NCBI GenBank assembly: GCA_046290465.1
Contig: JBKAGP010000001.1
Span: forward strand, 1,536,001-1,600,000
From: Planctomycetota bacterium
Lineage (GTDB): Bacteria; Planctomycetota; UBA1135; UBA2386
Direction: 5' to 3'
Length of the DNA stretch: 64,000 bases
Shown here: piece after piece, positions 50,900 to 59,859 of the stretch
How the letters are laid out: each line of letters starts with the position of its first letter
How positions within the stretch are numbered: position 1 is the stretch's first letter
The notes under the pieces: model-generated
Database searches by the model: none
What the model saw: only the letters and a program-made list of their open reading frames with translations
What the model was told of the DNA's origin: nothing
Translations under genes and position numbers: made by a program

Positions 50900-51976
50900 A
50901 TGCCGTTCCACCACCTCGCACGCGCGCGCACACGAGCGCTCGCCGTCGCGCTGCTCGCACTCGCCTCCTGCACGTCGGACGCTCCGACCCGCCCAACGAC
51001 GACCGAGGTCGATCCGCGCATCTGGGCCATGCACCAGGCGCACAACGGCGACTACTGGTTTGGCAGCAACGGCGCCGGCGTCTACCGCTTCGACGGCGAG
51101 CAGGTCGCGCACTACGACACCCGAGACGGTCTCGCCGGCAGCCAGGTGCGCGGGATCTACGAGGACGTGCGGGGTCACCTGCTCGTTTCGACGACGCGCG
51201 GGGTCAGCAGGTTCGAGGACGGGAGGTTCGTAGCAGTGGAGTTCGTCGACGAGCCGACCCCGCTGGAGGACTGGGAGCTGCACGATGACGACCTCTGGCT
51301 GGTGTTCGGGCCGGGCGAACGCGGCCCCGCGCGCTACGACGGCGTCAAGCTGCACCACATGCAGCTGACCGAGAGCCCGGCGGCCGCGACGCGCCCTTCG
51401 CGCACCGAGCCGTTTCGGCTGGATCTGGCCAGTGTCTACAGCGTGCACGAGGATCGCCGCGGCCATCTGTGGTTTGGCACTGCCGGCCATGGTCTGTGCC
51501 GCTACGACGGCGAGTCGCTGGCGTGGATGTACGAGGAACATCTGACGACGACGCCGAGCGGTGGCGCGTTCGGCATCCGGTCGATCTTCGAAGATCGCCA
51601 CGGCGACTTCTGGATCTGCAATACGCGGCATCGCTTCGCCGTCGCGCCGGAGGTCGCGAACAAGGACGGGTTCACGGTGTTGCAGTACCAGACCAAGCCT
51701 GGCATGCCGAAGGCTGCCACGGACACGGACGAGAACTTCTTGTACTTCGCGTCCGTCGCGGAGGACGAGTCGGGCGCCCTGTGGTTTGCGAGTTCAGGGG
51801 ATGGCTTGCTGCGTCTCGCCGATGGCGAGGTCACGCGCTTCGCGCTGCCGGACGGAGCCTATGCGTGCTGCGTCATGATCGGCCAGGACGGCAGGGTGTG
51901 GGTCAGCACGATCGAACACGGTGTGTATGTGTTGGACGGGGATCGGCTCGAGCGGTTTCGGGGGCGTGTTGGATGA
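50900..51976 (+). CDS. Two-component-regulator-propeller (Reg_prop) repeat lipoprotein
   Basis: Repeats IYEDVRGHLL, VHEDRRGHLWFGT, IFEDRHGDFW, EDESGALWF; lipobox LASC. Confidence 0.85.
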   Translation: MPFHHLARARTRALAVALLALASCTSDAPTRPTTTEVDPRIWAMHQAHNGDYWFGSNGAGVYRFDGEQVAHYDTRDGLAGSQVRGIYEDVRGHLLVSTTRGVSRFEDGRFVAVEFVDEPTPLEDWELHDDDLWLVFGPGERGPARYDGVKLHHMQLTESPAAATRPSRTEPFRLDLASVYSVHEDRRGHLWFGTAGHGLCRYDGESLAWMYEEHLTTTPSGGAFGIRSIFEDRHGDFWICNTRHRFAVAPEVANKDGFTVLQYQTKPGMPKAATDTDENFLYFASVAEDESGALWFASSGDGLLRLADGEVTRFALPDGAYACCVMIGQDGRVWVSTIEHGVYVLDGDRLERFRGRVG

Positions 51977-52875
51977 ACGTGACCGGGGTGGATGCGATCT
52001 CCTGTCCTCCCAGCCGGCGTGGACACCGACTGCGTTCGGCCCTCCGCGCGTCACGAGGCGCGATCGCTGCCGTCTACCAGTTCTTCTTCACCGCAGACGG
52101 CTTGATGGCGTCGACCATCGCTGGCCATCCCGCAAGCAGCAACATCTCGACCAGAGGAGCATCGTCGCCCGCCCGACCCGTCTCGCTGCCAGGAGCAACG
52201 TAACTGCTGCCACAGGTCCGTCTCCTTGGGGTGATCGGACGTCAACCGCGCAGCGCGACCACGAGTTCGAACTACACACCCGTACTTCTGGAGCCCGGTC
52301 TTGCTCTGGATCACCTAACCCGCGCCCGCCCGCGAGCCAGCCGTTCTCGACCACGGCCACCGCATCCAACCCCCTACCACCACCTTACGTGCGGCCCGTA
52401 CAAGCCAACGCCCCGAGGCCATCGGCCCCAGGGCGTTCGCCATCTTACGATTGGTAGAGCGGTCTGGACGCAGATCGAACGCTCTGGGGTTCGAGGAGAG
52501 TCTTGCCCAGTCATGGTTGGGGCGATCCTGGCTAGATCTAGTGTCGACCGAGTAGTCGGACACGACGCACCTGTGCCATTGCCGATGCCTGCAGGAACCG
52601 CGGCTGGCCTCGAACCGGCGAGGCGACCCTGACGCACCACACCGATGCAGGATGATCACATCCCACTAGCGTGATGCCGACCTCCCACCAGGACGTCGAA
52701 ACCCCTGTCGCGGCTCGACGGCCACGAACTCTTGAAGATCAATCTCTCGGCACCGAACTGTGACGGTGTAGCCGAGGCAAGTCCCTTCGCAGCTCACAGT
52801 TGAACACGACCACGACGTAGAGCTCAGCGGCCGGCTCGACCAAAAACCCGCAGCCAACCGCGAAGGCAAACGACG

Positions 52876-52892
52876 CTGGCATCCCAATTGCC
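52876..52892 (+). promoter_or_regulatory. Putative sigma54 (-24/-12) promoter of the contractile injection system operon
   Basis: CTGGCATCCCAATTGCC: TGGCA-N6-TTGC, GG(52878-79)-N10-GC(52890-91), 15 nt before ATG 52907. Confidence 0.6.
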
Positions 52893-52906
52893 TGAGCGCG
52901 CACGGA

Positions 52907-53926
52907 ATGATCACCATCGTGGATGCGCTGAATGTCGCTGCCAACTGGCAGACGCGACAGCCGGATGGCACTCCGGGATCGACGGAACTCACCGCCGCCA
53001 ACGCAACCGGAACATCCTACCTGGGCACCGACCAGACCAGCATGCTGCTGACGGGTTCGACCTCGGCGTTGGACCACAGCATCCGCCGAACCCTGCCCGC
53101 CGTCGATGCTACAGTGTGGCCGGACCTCGCGATCGCAGTCCGCGCCGACCGCGAAGCAACCGGGTCCGATGCATCGCCGTTCTACCTGCGCCTGCGCGTC
53201 GGCAGCGCCGCCGTCGACCTCGACGACCCCGCGAACACCTGGCATCGCTACCTGCCGATCAAGGCCGTTGACACGTGGAACCCACTCCGCCTGTCACTGC
53301 ATGACCTACCGGCGAACATCCGTGACGCCATCACACAGGTCGAGATCACGTGCACGGACGCCAGCCGGGAGTTCGCGTGCCACCTCGACGACCTCAACCT
53401 GGTTCGCGACGAGCTGATCTCCGACGTCGACGCGGCGCTGCACGCCCTGCTGCACAACCAGTTGACCCTCACCGGCCTGGTGCCCGCGCTGGAGCTGGTG
53501 ACCGGCGCCGCGCTGCCCGCGAACCCGCGCCCCGCCTTCGCGATCGCCAACTACAAGTTGGAGTGGAACGAAGAGCGGACCAACCGGCAGCCGTCCTCGA
53601 GCGACTACGTCGACGACGGGTTCCGCCTCCGCCCCGACCGCATCGCCTACGTCGCCCACTATGCGATCCTGGCGCTGGCCGCAACCCGGGCCGAGCAGGC
53701 CGAGATGCTCGACTTCGCGTGCCAGGCCGTTCCGCCGCGCGCCACGCTCGTGGTGAACGACTACCGCGCGGATGCGTGGCACGTGCCAACGCCTTCGTTC
53801 CACGAGACTCCGTGGCCGGCGTTCTATCCGCAGCTCCACGTTGCGGCCATGAACTGGACGGAGATCGGAACCGCAACACCGGTACGTCCTACCCGCAACG
53901 TCCGCATCGAGGCGGAGGCGTTCTAG
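52907..53926 (+). CDS. Pvc16/Afp16-like (DUF4255) tail terminator/cap protein with an extra N-terminal beta-sandwich domain
   Basis: C-half LISDVDAALHALL...PAFAIANYKLEWNEER...P...AHYAILA...EQAEML resembles Pvc16_N; first gene before the sheath, the usual position. Confidence 0.65.
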   Translation: MITIVDALNVAANWQTRQPDGTPGSTELTAANATGTSYLGTDQTSMLLTGSTSALDHSIRRTLPAVDATVWPDLAIAVRADREATGSDASPFYLRLRVGSAAVDLDDPANTWHRYLPIKAVDTWNPLRLSLHDLPANIRDAITQVEITCTDASREFACHLDDLNLVRDELISDVDAALHALLHNQLTLTGLVPALELVTGAALPANPRPAFAIANYKLEWNEERTNRQPSSSDYVDDGFRLRPDRIAYVAHYAILALAATRAEQAEMLDFACQAVPPRATLVVNDYRADAWHVPTPSFHETPWPAFYPQLHVAAMNWTEIGTATPVRPTRNVRIEAEAF

Positions 53927-53946
53927 CGCGCTCCTGCATCCCACAC

Positions 53947-54327
53947 ATGAGCAAGGACCAACTCGTTCGTTTCCGCAACATGCGCAGGCAACCCGTCGAG
54001 CTCCACTGCCACGATCGCGTACTGGTCGTGCCGCCACTCGGCGAGGTCGAACTGACCGACGAACAGGCCGCGGTCCCGCAGATCGCCTTCCTCATCCGGG
54101 CACGTCACCTGTCCAGCATGGTCGCGAGCTCCACGCCGCCGAAGAAGCCCCCGACCTCCGCCCAGTCGACGCCAGGGCGTGCCGCCACGAAGAAGCCCCG
54201 GAACCGCCGCAAGGCGGAAGCCTCGAAGCCCGCCAAGCCCAACGCGAAAGGCTCTGGGCGCAAGAAGACCACCAAGCCCGAGAAGCCCAAGAAGGGCGCA
54301 GGCCCCAACGCAAGAGCGACTAGCTGA
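53947..54327 (+). CDS. Small hypothetical protein with Lys/Pro-rich tail (CIS locus)
   Basis: MSKDQLVRFRN... ~60-aa beta-like domain followed by a basic low-complexity tail; sits between cap and sheath genes. Confidence 0.6.
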   Translation: MSKDQLVRFRNMRRQPVELHCHDRVLVVPPLGEVELTDEQAAVPQIAFLIRARHLSSMVASSTPPKKPPTSAQSTPGRAATKKPRNRRKAEASKPAKPNAKGSGRKKTTKPEKPKKGAGPNARATS

Positions 54328-54387
54328 CTGAGTTCGCGTTCCCGAACGCCCTCGCCCCCACCATTCGAACGCCCAGGAAGCAGAGAC

Positions 54388-56496
54388 ATGACATTCATCG
54401 GTATCAACATCCGCGAGGTCGACGGCTCGGGCTCGCCGACCATCGTTGGTGCAGCAACGTCCATCGCCGGCTTCAACATCCTGACGCAACGGGGCGTGGC
54501 CAACACACCCATCCGCGTGAACAGCTACGAGGAGTTCGCGGAGCGTTTCGGCGGCTACATCGACGGTGCGTTCGGTGCCTATCTACTCCGCGGCTTCTTC
54601 CTGAACGGTGGCGCAACCGCGTATGTCAACCGGGTCGTTTCCAACGACGCCGTAACCGGACACGCCCCCGCCAGCATCACCCTCCAGGACGCGGCCCCGG
54701 CCGATACCCTCGTACTCGAAGCTGGCTACCTGGGACAACCGGACCCCGGCTCGTGGGGCGACCGCCTGCGCGTCGCCGTCACCCACACCGCCACCGCGAC
54801 GACGCGGCTACGCGAAACCGCCGCCGCCACGGTAACGGGAACGGTGGCGCTCGCCGCCGCCACCGACATGAGCGCCTTCGGACCGCTCACCCTTCGGATC
54901 GACGGCGAGACGACCGACACGGTCATCACATTCGAGGCCTCGGACTTTCCGAGCGCCGGCGCCGCCGCGGCAACGCGCGAGGAGATCCGGGATGCGATCA
55001 ACGCGCGTGGCAACCGGGTCGTCGCATCGCTCAACGGCGCCAACAACATCGTGCTGACCTCGACGGGCGAGGTCGCGAGCCTGAGCGGTGGCTGGACTAG
55101 CATCGAAGTGCGGGCGGTAAACGCCGTCCTCGGTTTCGCGGTCGCGCCGGCCGTCTTCGGCACCGCCGCGGTCCCTGCCGGAACGGGCGTTGCCCTGCAC
55201 AGCGTCGAGGGCTTCCAGATCGGAGACGCGATCCGCATTCGCGACACGACCACGCCCGCGAACACGGCCCTGGCGAAGCTGCTGACGGCCAACGAGACCA
55301 CCGGGGCCGTCACCTGGACGACGAACATCGCGGCAATCGCGGGATGGGATCTGCGTGCCATCGTCGTCGAGAACGTGCGCTTCGATCTGGCGATCGGCCT
55401 CGGCGAGCCTGATGGCGTCGTCGAAACGCTCACCGGACTGTCGATGGAGTCGGACATCGCCGACTACGCCGTCGCCCGAATCAACGATCGGATCACCGGG
55501 TCCCGCTACGTGATGGCAACGGACGCGGCCAGCGCCAGCCCGGCCGGTGCGGACCTCCCGGCGGAAACGGCCGGCGAGGTGACGTTCGATCCGGGGCGGG
55601 ACGGAGTGCCGACGGCCCAGGAGTTCATCGGCGACCCGGCGGCGCACACCGGTTTCTCCGCGTTCGACACCTTCGACGTGCAGCTGCTCACCTGCGAACG
55701 CACGGACAGTGGTATCGCACGCGCTGGCATGGACTACTGCGCCAATCGCGGCGACTGCACCTACGTGGGCGCCGTCCCCGAAGGCTATGTCGAGGTCGGC
55801 CAGGCGGGCGCCTACGGCCAGGGTCTGCAGGGCAGCAAGGTCTACGGCGCGCTCTATGGCCCTTGGGTGCGCGTCGTCGATCCGATCGGAGTAGGCGACA
55901 ACCCCGAACGCATCATCCCGCCCGTCGGCCACATCCTCGGCACCTTCGCACGCATCGACACCAACCGCGGCATCTGGAAGGCACCTGCGGGCGACGAGGC
56001 GAATCTGCGCGGCGTGCTCGATGTCACCTACCGGCTCAGCGACGCGGAACACACCGATCTGGTGGAGAACGGCAGCGTCAACGGCATCCGCTGGGTTCCG
56101 CGCTCGGGCATCGTCGTCGATGCGTCGCGAACCCTGAGCACCGATACCCGCTGGCTCTACGTGAACGTGCGACTGCTGTTCAACTTCGTCAAGAGCAGCC
56201 TGCGCGACGGGCTTCGCTGGGTCCGACAGGAACCCAACCGCGACACGCTGTGGAAGACCATCAAGTTCAACAGCGTGACGCCCTTCCTGACCCAGCTGTG
56301 GCGGCAAGGCGCCTTCGGCACCGGATCTCCCGAGGAGGTCTTCACGGTCACCATCGACGCGTCCAACAACCCGCCGTCAGAAGTCGACATCGGCAACCTC
56401 AACGTCGAGGTGCTGTTCTACCCGTCGCGTCCGGCAGAAAAGATCATCATCACCGTGGGGCAGCAGCAGAGCGGTGCGACCGCGACGGAGAGCTGA
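54388..56496 (+). CDS. Contractile tail sheath protein
   Basis: GINIREVD, FFLNGG..AYVNRV, PGSWG, YGALYGPWV, PPVGH, RGIWKAPAG, YVNVRLLF, EPN, GAF, RPAEKI. Confidence 0.95.
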   Translation: MTFIGINIREVDGSGSPTIVGAATSIAGFNILTQRGVANTPIRVNSYEEFAERFGGYIDGAFGAYLLRGFFLNGGATAYVNRVVSNDAVTGHAPASITLQDAAPADTLVLEAGYLGQPDPGSWGDRLRVAVTHTATATTRLRETAAATVTGTVALAAATDMSAFGPLTLRIDGETTDTVITFEASDFPSAGAAAATREEIRDAINARGNRVVASLNGANNIVLTSTGEVASLSGGWTSIEVRAVNAVLGFAVAPAVFGTAAVPAGTGVALHSVEGFQIGDAIRIRDTTTPANTALAKLLTANETTGAVTWTTNIAAIAGWDLRAIVVENVRFDLAIGLGEPDGVVETLTGLSMESDIADYAVARINDRITGSRYVMATDAASASPAGADLPAETAGEVTFDPGRDGVPTAQEFIGDPAAHTGFSAFDTFDVQLLTCERTDSGIARAGMDYCANRGDCTYVGAVPEGYVEVGQAGAYGQGLQGSKVYGALYGPWVRVVDPIGVGDNPERIIPPVGHILGTFARIDTNRGIWKAPAGDEANLRGVLDVTYRLSDAEHTDLVENGSVNGIRWVPRSGIVVDASRTLSTDTRWLYVNVRLLFNFVKSSLRDGLRWVRQEPNRDTLWKTIKFNSVTPFLTQLWRQGAFGTGSPEEVFTVTIDASNNPPSEVDIGNLNVEVLFYPSRPAEKIIITVGQQQSGATATES

Positions 56497-56544
56497 CATG
56501 CCCAATCCGTATTCCGTTTCCTAGTCAGCCAAAGGACCAGCGAC

Positions 56545-57015
56545 ATGCCACAAGAAGGCGACATCTGGGCAGGTTATCAAACCAGCGAATTCGTGTTCGT
56601 CATCGACGGGATGGAGAGCCCGGGAGTCACCAAGATTTCGGGGCTGACGGAGTTCAACATCGAGGTCATCGAACAGCCCGACGGCGGCAGCATGACCGTG
56701 CACAAGCTCGCCGGAAACAAGGTGACCTACGACACGTTGACCGTCGAGCGCCGCATGGATGGCAGCCCGGAGGATCAGCGCTTCAAGGACTGGCTCGAAG
56801 AGACCTGGAAGCTCAACCGTGCAACGCAGGGCGGCTCGAACGTTCGCAAGGACGGAATGATCATCAAGCGTCACCGCGGCGAAGACGTACTGACGTTCGC
56901 CTTCTACGGCGCATGGATCAAGTCGTCGAAGTTTTCGGACTTCGAAGCCGGCACCACGAACCTCCTGACCCAAACGCTCGAACTCGAGCACGCCGGCCTC
57001 GAGCGCGTCGCCTGA
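56545..57015 (+). CDS. Tail tube protein (T4 gp19 / Afp1-5 family)
   Basis: FVFVIDG...ISGL...HKLAG..TYDTLTVER...WLE...RKDG.I...AWIKS...LELEHAGLER; 156 aa directly after the sheath. Confidence 0.92.
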   Translation: MPQEGDIWAGYQTSEFVFVIDGMESPGVTKISGLTEFNIEVIEQPDGGSMTVHKLAGNKVTYDTLTVERRMDGSPEDQRFKDWLEETWKLNRATQGGSNVRKDGMIIKRHRGEDVLTFAFYGAWIKSSKFSDFEAGTTNLLTQTLELEHAGLERVA

Positions 57016-57064
57016 TCGCGTTCCCTGACCGCCCCCACCGCATTGACCTCGGAGTGAGTTCACC

Positions 57065-57856
57065 ATGACCGCAACTACCCCAAGCATCACGACCAACGCC
57101 CGCGAATACGCGTTCACCCTGCCCATCGGGGTGCAGACCGAAGACGGACAACTGCACCGCGACGGCGCACTTCGCAAGATGAACGGGCACGACGAGGCGA
57201 TCCTCGCCGACCCCCGCTACCAGCGAAACGGCGGCCAGCTCGTGACCGAACTGCTCCATAGCTGCGTGACCGGCATCAGCGGCATCGAGCAACTGACGAA
57301 GTCGACGTTCGCGTCGATGTACTCGGCGGATCGCAACTTCCTGCTGCTCAAGATCCGTAGCTTCACGTTCGGAGCCGAGCTGCAGGCCAACTACACGTGC
57401 CCCTCCTGCGGAAACACGATGCAGGTGTACGAGAACCTCGAAGAGCTGCCCGTTCGCGAGCTCGCGGGTGGCGAACTGCCGGATCGCATCGAGGTCGAAC
57501 TGGTCGATGGCTACGTCGATCGCGACAACAAGACGCACACGCAGCTGGAGCTGCGGCTGCCGACCGGTGCAGACGAACAGGCTGTCGCCGCGCAGATGCG
57601 GAAGAACGCGTCGCTCGGCAAGAACGCGCTGCTCGCGCGCTGCATCGTGCGGTTCAGCGACCTCGAGCAGAAGCGCGTCAAGGCGCTGGGCCCGCGAATC
57701 ATGTCGGACCTGACCATGAGCGACCGGCGCTTGATCGATCGCTCACTCAACGCCGGCGCACCGGGGATCGACCTGATCCGTGATCACGAGTGCGTGCACT
57801 GCGGCCACGAGTTCAAAGCAAGCATGGACATGACCCATTTTTTGGAACTGGAGTAG
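57065..57856 (+). CDS. Tail assembly chaperone / T4 gp26-like protein with two CxxC knuckles
   Basis: FTLPIG...LHRDG.LR, ADRNFLLLKIR, CPSCG, LRLPTGADE, CVHCGHEF; internal duplication; follows the tube gene. Confidence 0.75.
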   Translation: MTATTPSITTNAREYAFTLPIGVQTEDGQLHRDGALRKMNGHDEAILADPRYQRNGGQLVTELLHSCVTGISGIEQLTKSTFASMYSADRNFLLLKIRSFTFGAELQANYTCPSCGNTMQVYENLEELPVRELAGGELPDRIEVELVDGYVDRDNKTHTQLELRLPTGADEQAVAAQMRKNASLGKNALLARCIVRFSDLEQKRVKALGPRIMSDLTMSDRRLIDRSLNAGAPGIDLIRDHECVHCGHEFKASMDMTHFLELE

Positions 57857-58023
57857 GTGAGGAAGGCCTCCAGGAGGAGGTCTTCTTCCTCGCTTATCAC
57901 CTCCACTGGTCGTGGTCCGAAGTCATGGCGTTGACCAGCGGCGATCGCCGTCGCTACGTCGACCTGCTCGTCAAGCAGATCGAGCGGGAGAACGCCCAGA
58001 TCGAGGCCGCCGGAAAACGTTGA
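57838..58023 (+). CDS. DUF6760-like (P2 GpE'-like) segment, probably a -1 frameshift extension of the upstream chaperone
   Basis: LQEEVFFLAYHLHWSWSEVMAL...RRRYV in the -1 frame, entered at slippery T TTT TTG (57838-57844); no credible own start before the conserved motif. Confidence 0.75.
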   Translation, partial: FFGTGVGEEGLQEEVFFLAYHLHWSWSEVMALTSGDRRRYVDLLVKQIERENAQIEAAGKR

Positions 58024-58026
58024 TCG

Positions 58027-59853
58027 ATGCCCTTTGCTCTCCTTCTGCAGAAAGCGCTCGAACCGCTCGTCAAGGGCAGTCGTGCGCTTACGCCGTGGGT
58101 TGAGCTCGTCTGGACCGAGGCGCTGCTGATCCGGCGAGCACGCAGCGCGTTCCTGGTGCACTGGTTCGGGGAACGCCTGCCGCTAGCCGGCTCCTCGATC
58201 CGCATCACCATCGCCAACCTGCCCGCGTTGGCGACTCGCTATCGCGAGGTGCTTGCCGGCTCGCGCTTCCGTGCCGAGAGCCCGAGCCTCGCCGAACCTC
58301 TTGCCGGGCTAGCCGGCAACCTGGCCGGCACGATCCTGTCTCCCGGCGGTGCAATCGCCTTCGCGTTTGCTGCCGTCCGCTTCCTGTGGCGAGGCGGTGG
58401 CGCGCTGGTCACCATCCTGCAGGTGCTCGCCGGCCTGATCGCAGGGCCGGTCCTCACGACCGTGGGCCTCGTCGGCGGCGCGCTCGCTCCTCTGGGCGGC
58501 TTGATCGGTATCTCAGTCAGCGCCTCCCGGAATCCGGTCCTCATGGAGCTGTCCCGGCTGCTCGAGTCCTCGGCGAGGATGATCCCGGCGCTCAACGGGC
58601 TCATCGACCAGTTGCTCGGACCGCGTTCCGGTGTTCGCAATCCGCTCCTGCGGCGGCTGCTCAAGGTCTTCGACAGCGTGGCTGGCCTGCTCGCGCAGGC
58701 CATGGGCGCCGTCGCGATCATCGTGACGCGACTCGGGCCACTGATCATCCCCTGGACGGCCCAGGTCCTGGCGTTCAGGCGCCTGTTCCAGGCTGTCGCC
58801 GACCTGATCGGCGAGATGATCACCTCGGCGGTAGCTCGCGTGCAATCGCTCCTGCAGGGCAAGTCGCCGCTCTACGTCCTCCGCTTCTACTTCGACATCC
58901 TGGCCGCGATCGAACGCGCCCTGCCGCGCATGTTCGTGCACGTAGCGCGGCTCCTGATCCGCGCGACGGCGCTACTGCTGATCGACGTCCTGCGCTATCT
59001 GGCGAATTTCTCGACGTGGATCAACGGGATGCGCAAGCACGTGCTCGGCCATTTCCTCAACCACTACGTACTGCGGCAGATCCTGGCAGCGGTTGAGCAG
59101 ATTCAGAACATCATCAGCGTCTTCGGGCCACTGGTGAGTTCCAGCCCCAGCCCTCCGAGCAGCGGCAGCTCGTTGCCGAGCGTGCCGCTGGCGCCACCGC
59201 CACCGCGGGCGCCTCAGCTGCCGACGGTCAAGCAGGTGCGCAGCCAAGCCGGCGGCGCCCCACCGTTCGAACTGACGGCCGAGGCCATCGACAAGGTGGC
59301 CAATTTGATCCCGCCGGGCATCATCATGTCGCTGTTCAGATTCGACGCCGACACCGAGAAGCGCATTGAGCAGATGCGGCTCGCACCGCCGAGCATCTTC
59401 GGTCGCGAGCGTGCGCGGATCCGCCGCGAACTGGCGGCCCGCGGACGCGGCCCGACGACCGGCGACGCGTTCAAGCAGATCCGTCGCGAGGAGATCCGCC
59501 TCCGGCAGCTGCTGTTCCACGTTGTCGGAACGATCCTCCCGCCGCGCCTCCGGGCCCAGCACTTCCCGCCGCTGCTCGAGGCCTTCCGCGACATCGAGCA
59601 CTACGTCTACGAAGGCCGGCGCGGCCCGCGCCCCGCGACCCCGAAGCCCGACCGCTTTCCGGTTCGCGAACTGCCCAACAACGGCCTGCTGTTCCCGGCC
59701 GTGGACACGTTGACCATCGAAGCGGTCGGGTGGGAACGCGACGAGGTCGAGACGTTCCGCGACCAGCTTGTCCGGTCCCTGGGCCGGGCCCCCTATTCGC
59801 CCGATGGCGACCGCTCCTCATCGTCCTCCCCCAGCCCCTTGTCCCTCGCCTGA
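58027..59853 (+). CDS. Large helical/hydrophobic protein 1 in the tape-measure position of the CIS operon
   Basis: 608 aa; ~60-aa Gly/Ala/Leu hydrophobic stretch; Pro-rich linker; C-terminal VDTLTIEA; 3 nt after the previous stop. Confidence 0.75.
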   Translation: MPFALLLQKALEPLVKGSRALTPWVELVWTEALLIRRARSAFLVHWFGERLPLAGSSIRITIANLPALATRYREVLAGSRFRAESPSLAEPLAGLAGNLAGTILSPGGAIAFAFAAVRFLWRGGGALVTILQVLAGLIAGPVLTTVGLVGGALAPLGGLIGISVSASRNPVLMELSRLLESSARMIPALNGLIDQLLGPRSGVRNPLLRRLLKVFDSVAGLLAQAMGAVAIIVTRLGPLIIPWTAQVLAFRRLFQAVADLIGEMITSAVARVQSLLQGKSPLYVLRFYFDILAAIERALPRMFVHVARLLIRATALLLIDVLRYLANFSTWINGMRKHVLGHFLNHYVLRQILAAVEQIQNIISVFGPLVSSSPSPPSSGSSLPSVPLAPPPPRAPQLPTVKQVRSQAGGAPPFELTAEAIDKVANLIPPGIIMSLFRFDADTEKRIEQMRLAPPSIFGRERARIRRELAARGRGPTTGDAFKQIRREEIRLRQLLFHVVGTILPPRLRAQHFPPLLEAFRDIEHYVYEGRRGPRPATPKPDRFPVRELPNNGLLFPAVDTLTIEAVGWERDEVETFRDQLVRSLGRAPYSPDGDRSSSSSPSPLSLA

Positions 59854-59859
59854 TTCGTC

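Noticed and set aside
57790..57837. Independent GTG start for the DUF6760-like ORF
   Set aside because: It lies inside the chaperone's CxxC coding region with no clear SD and gives a non-conserved-looking N-terminus; a frameshift entry explains the ORF better.
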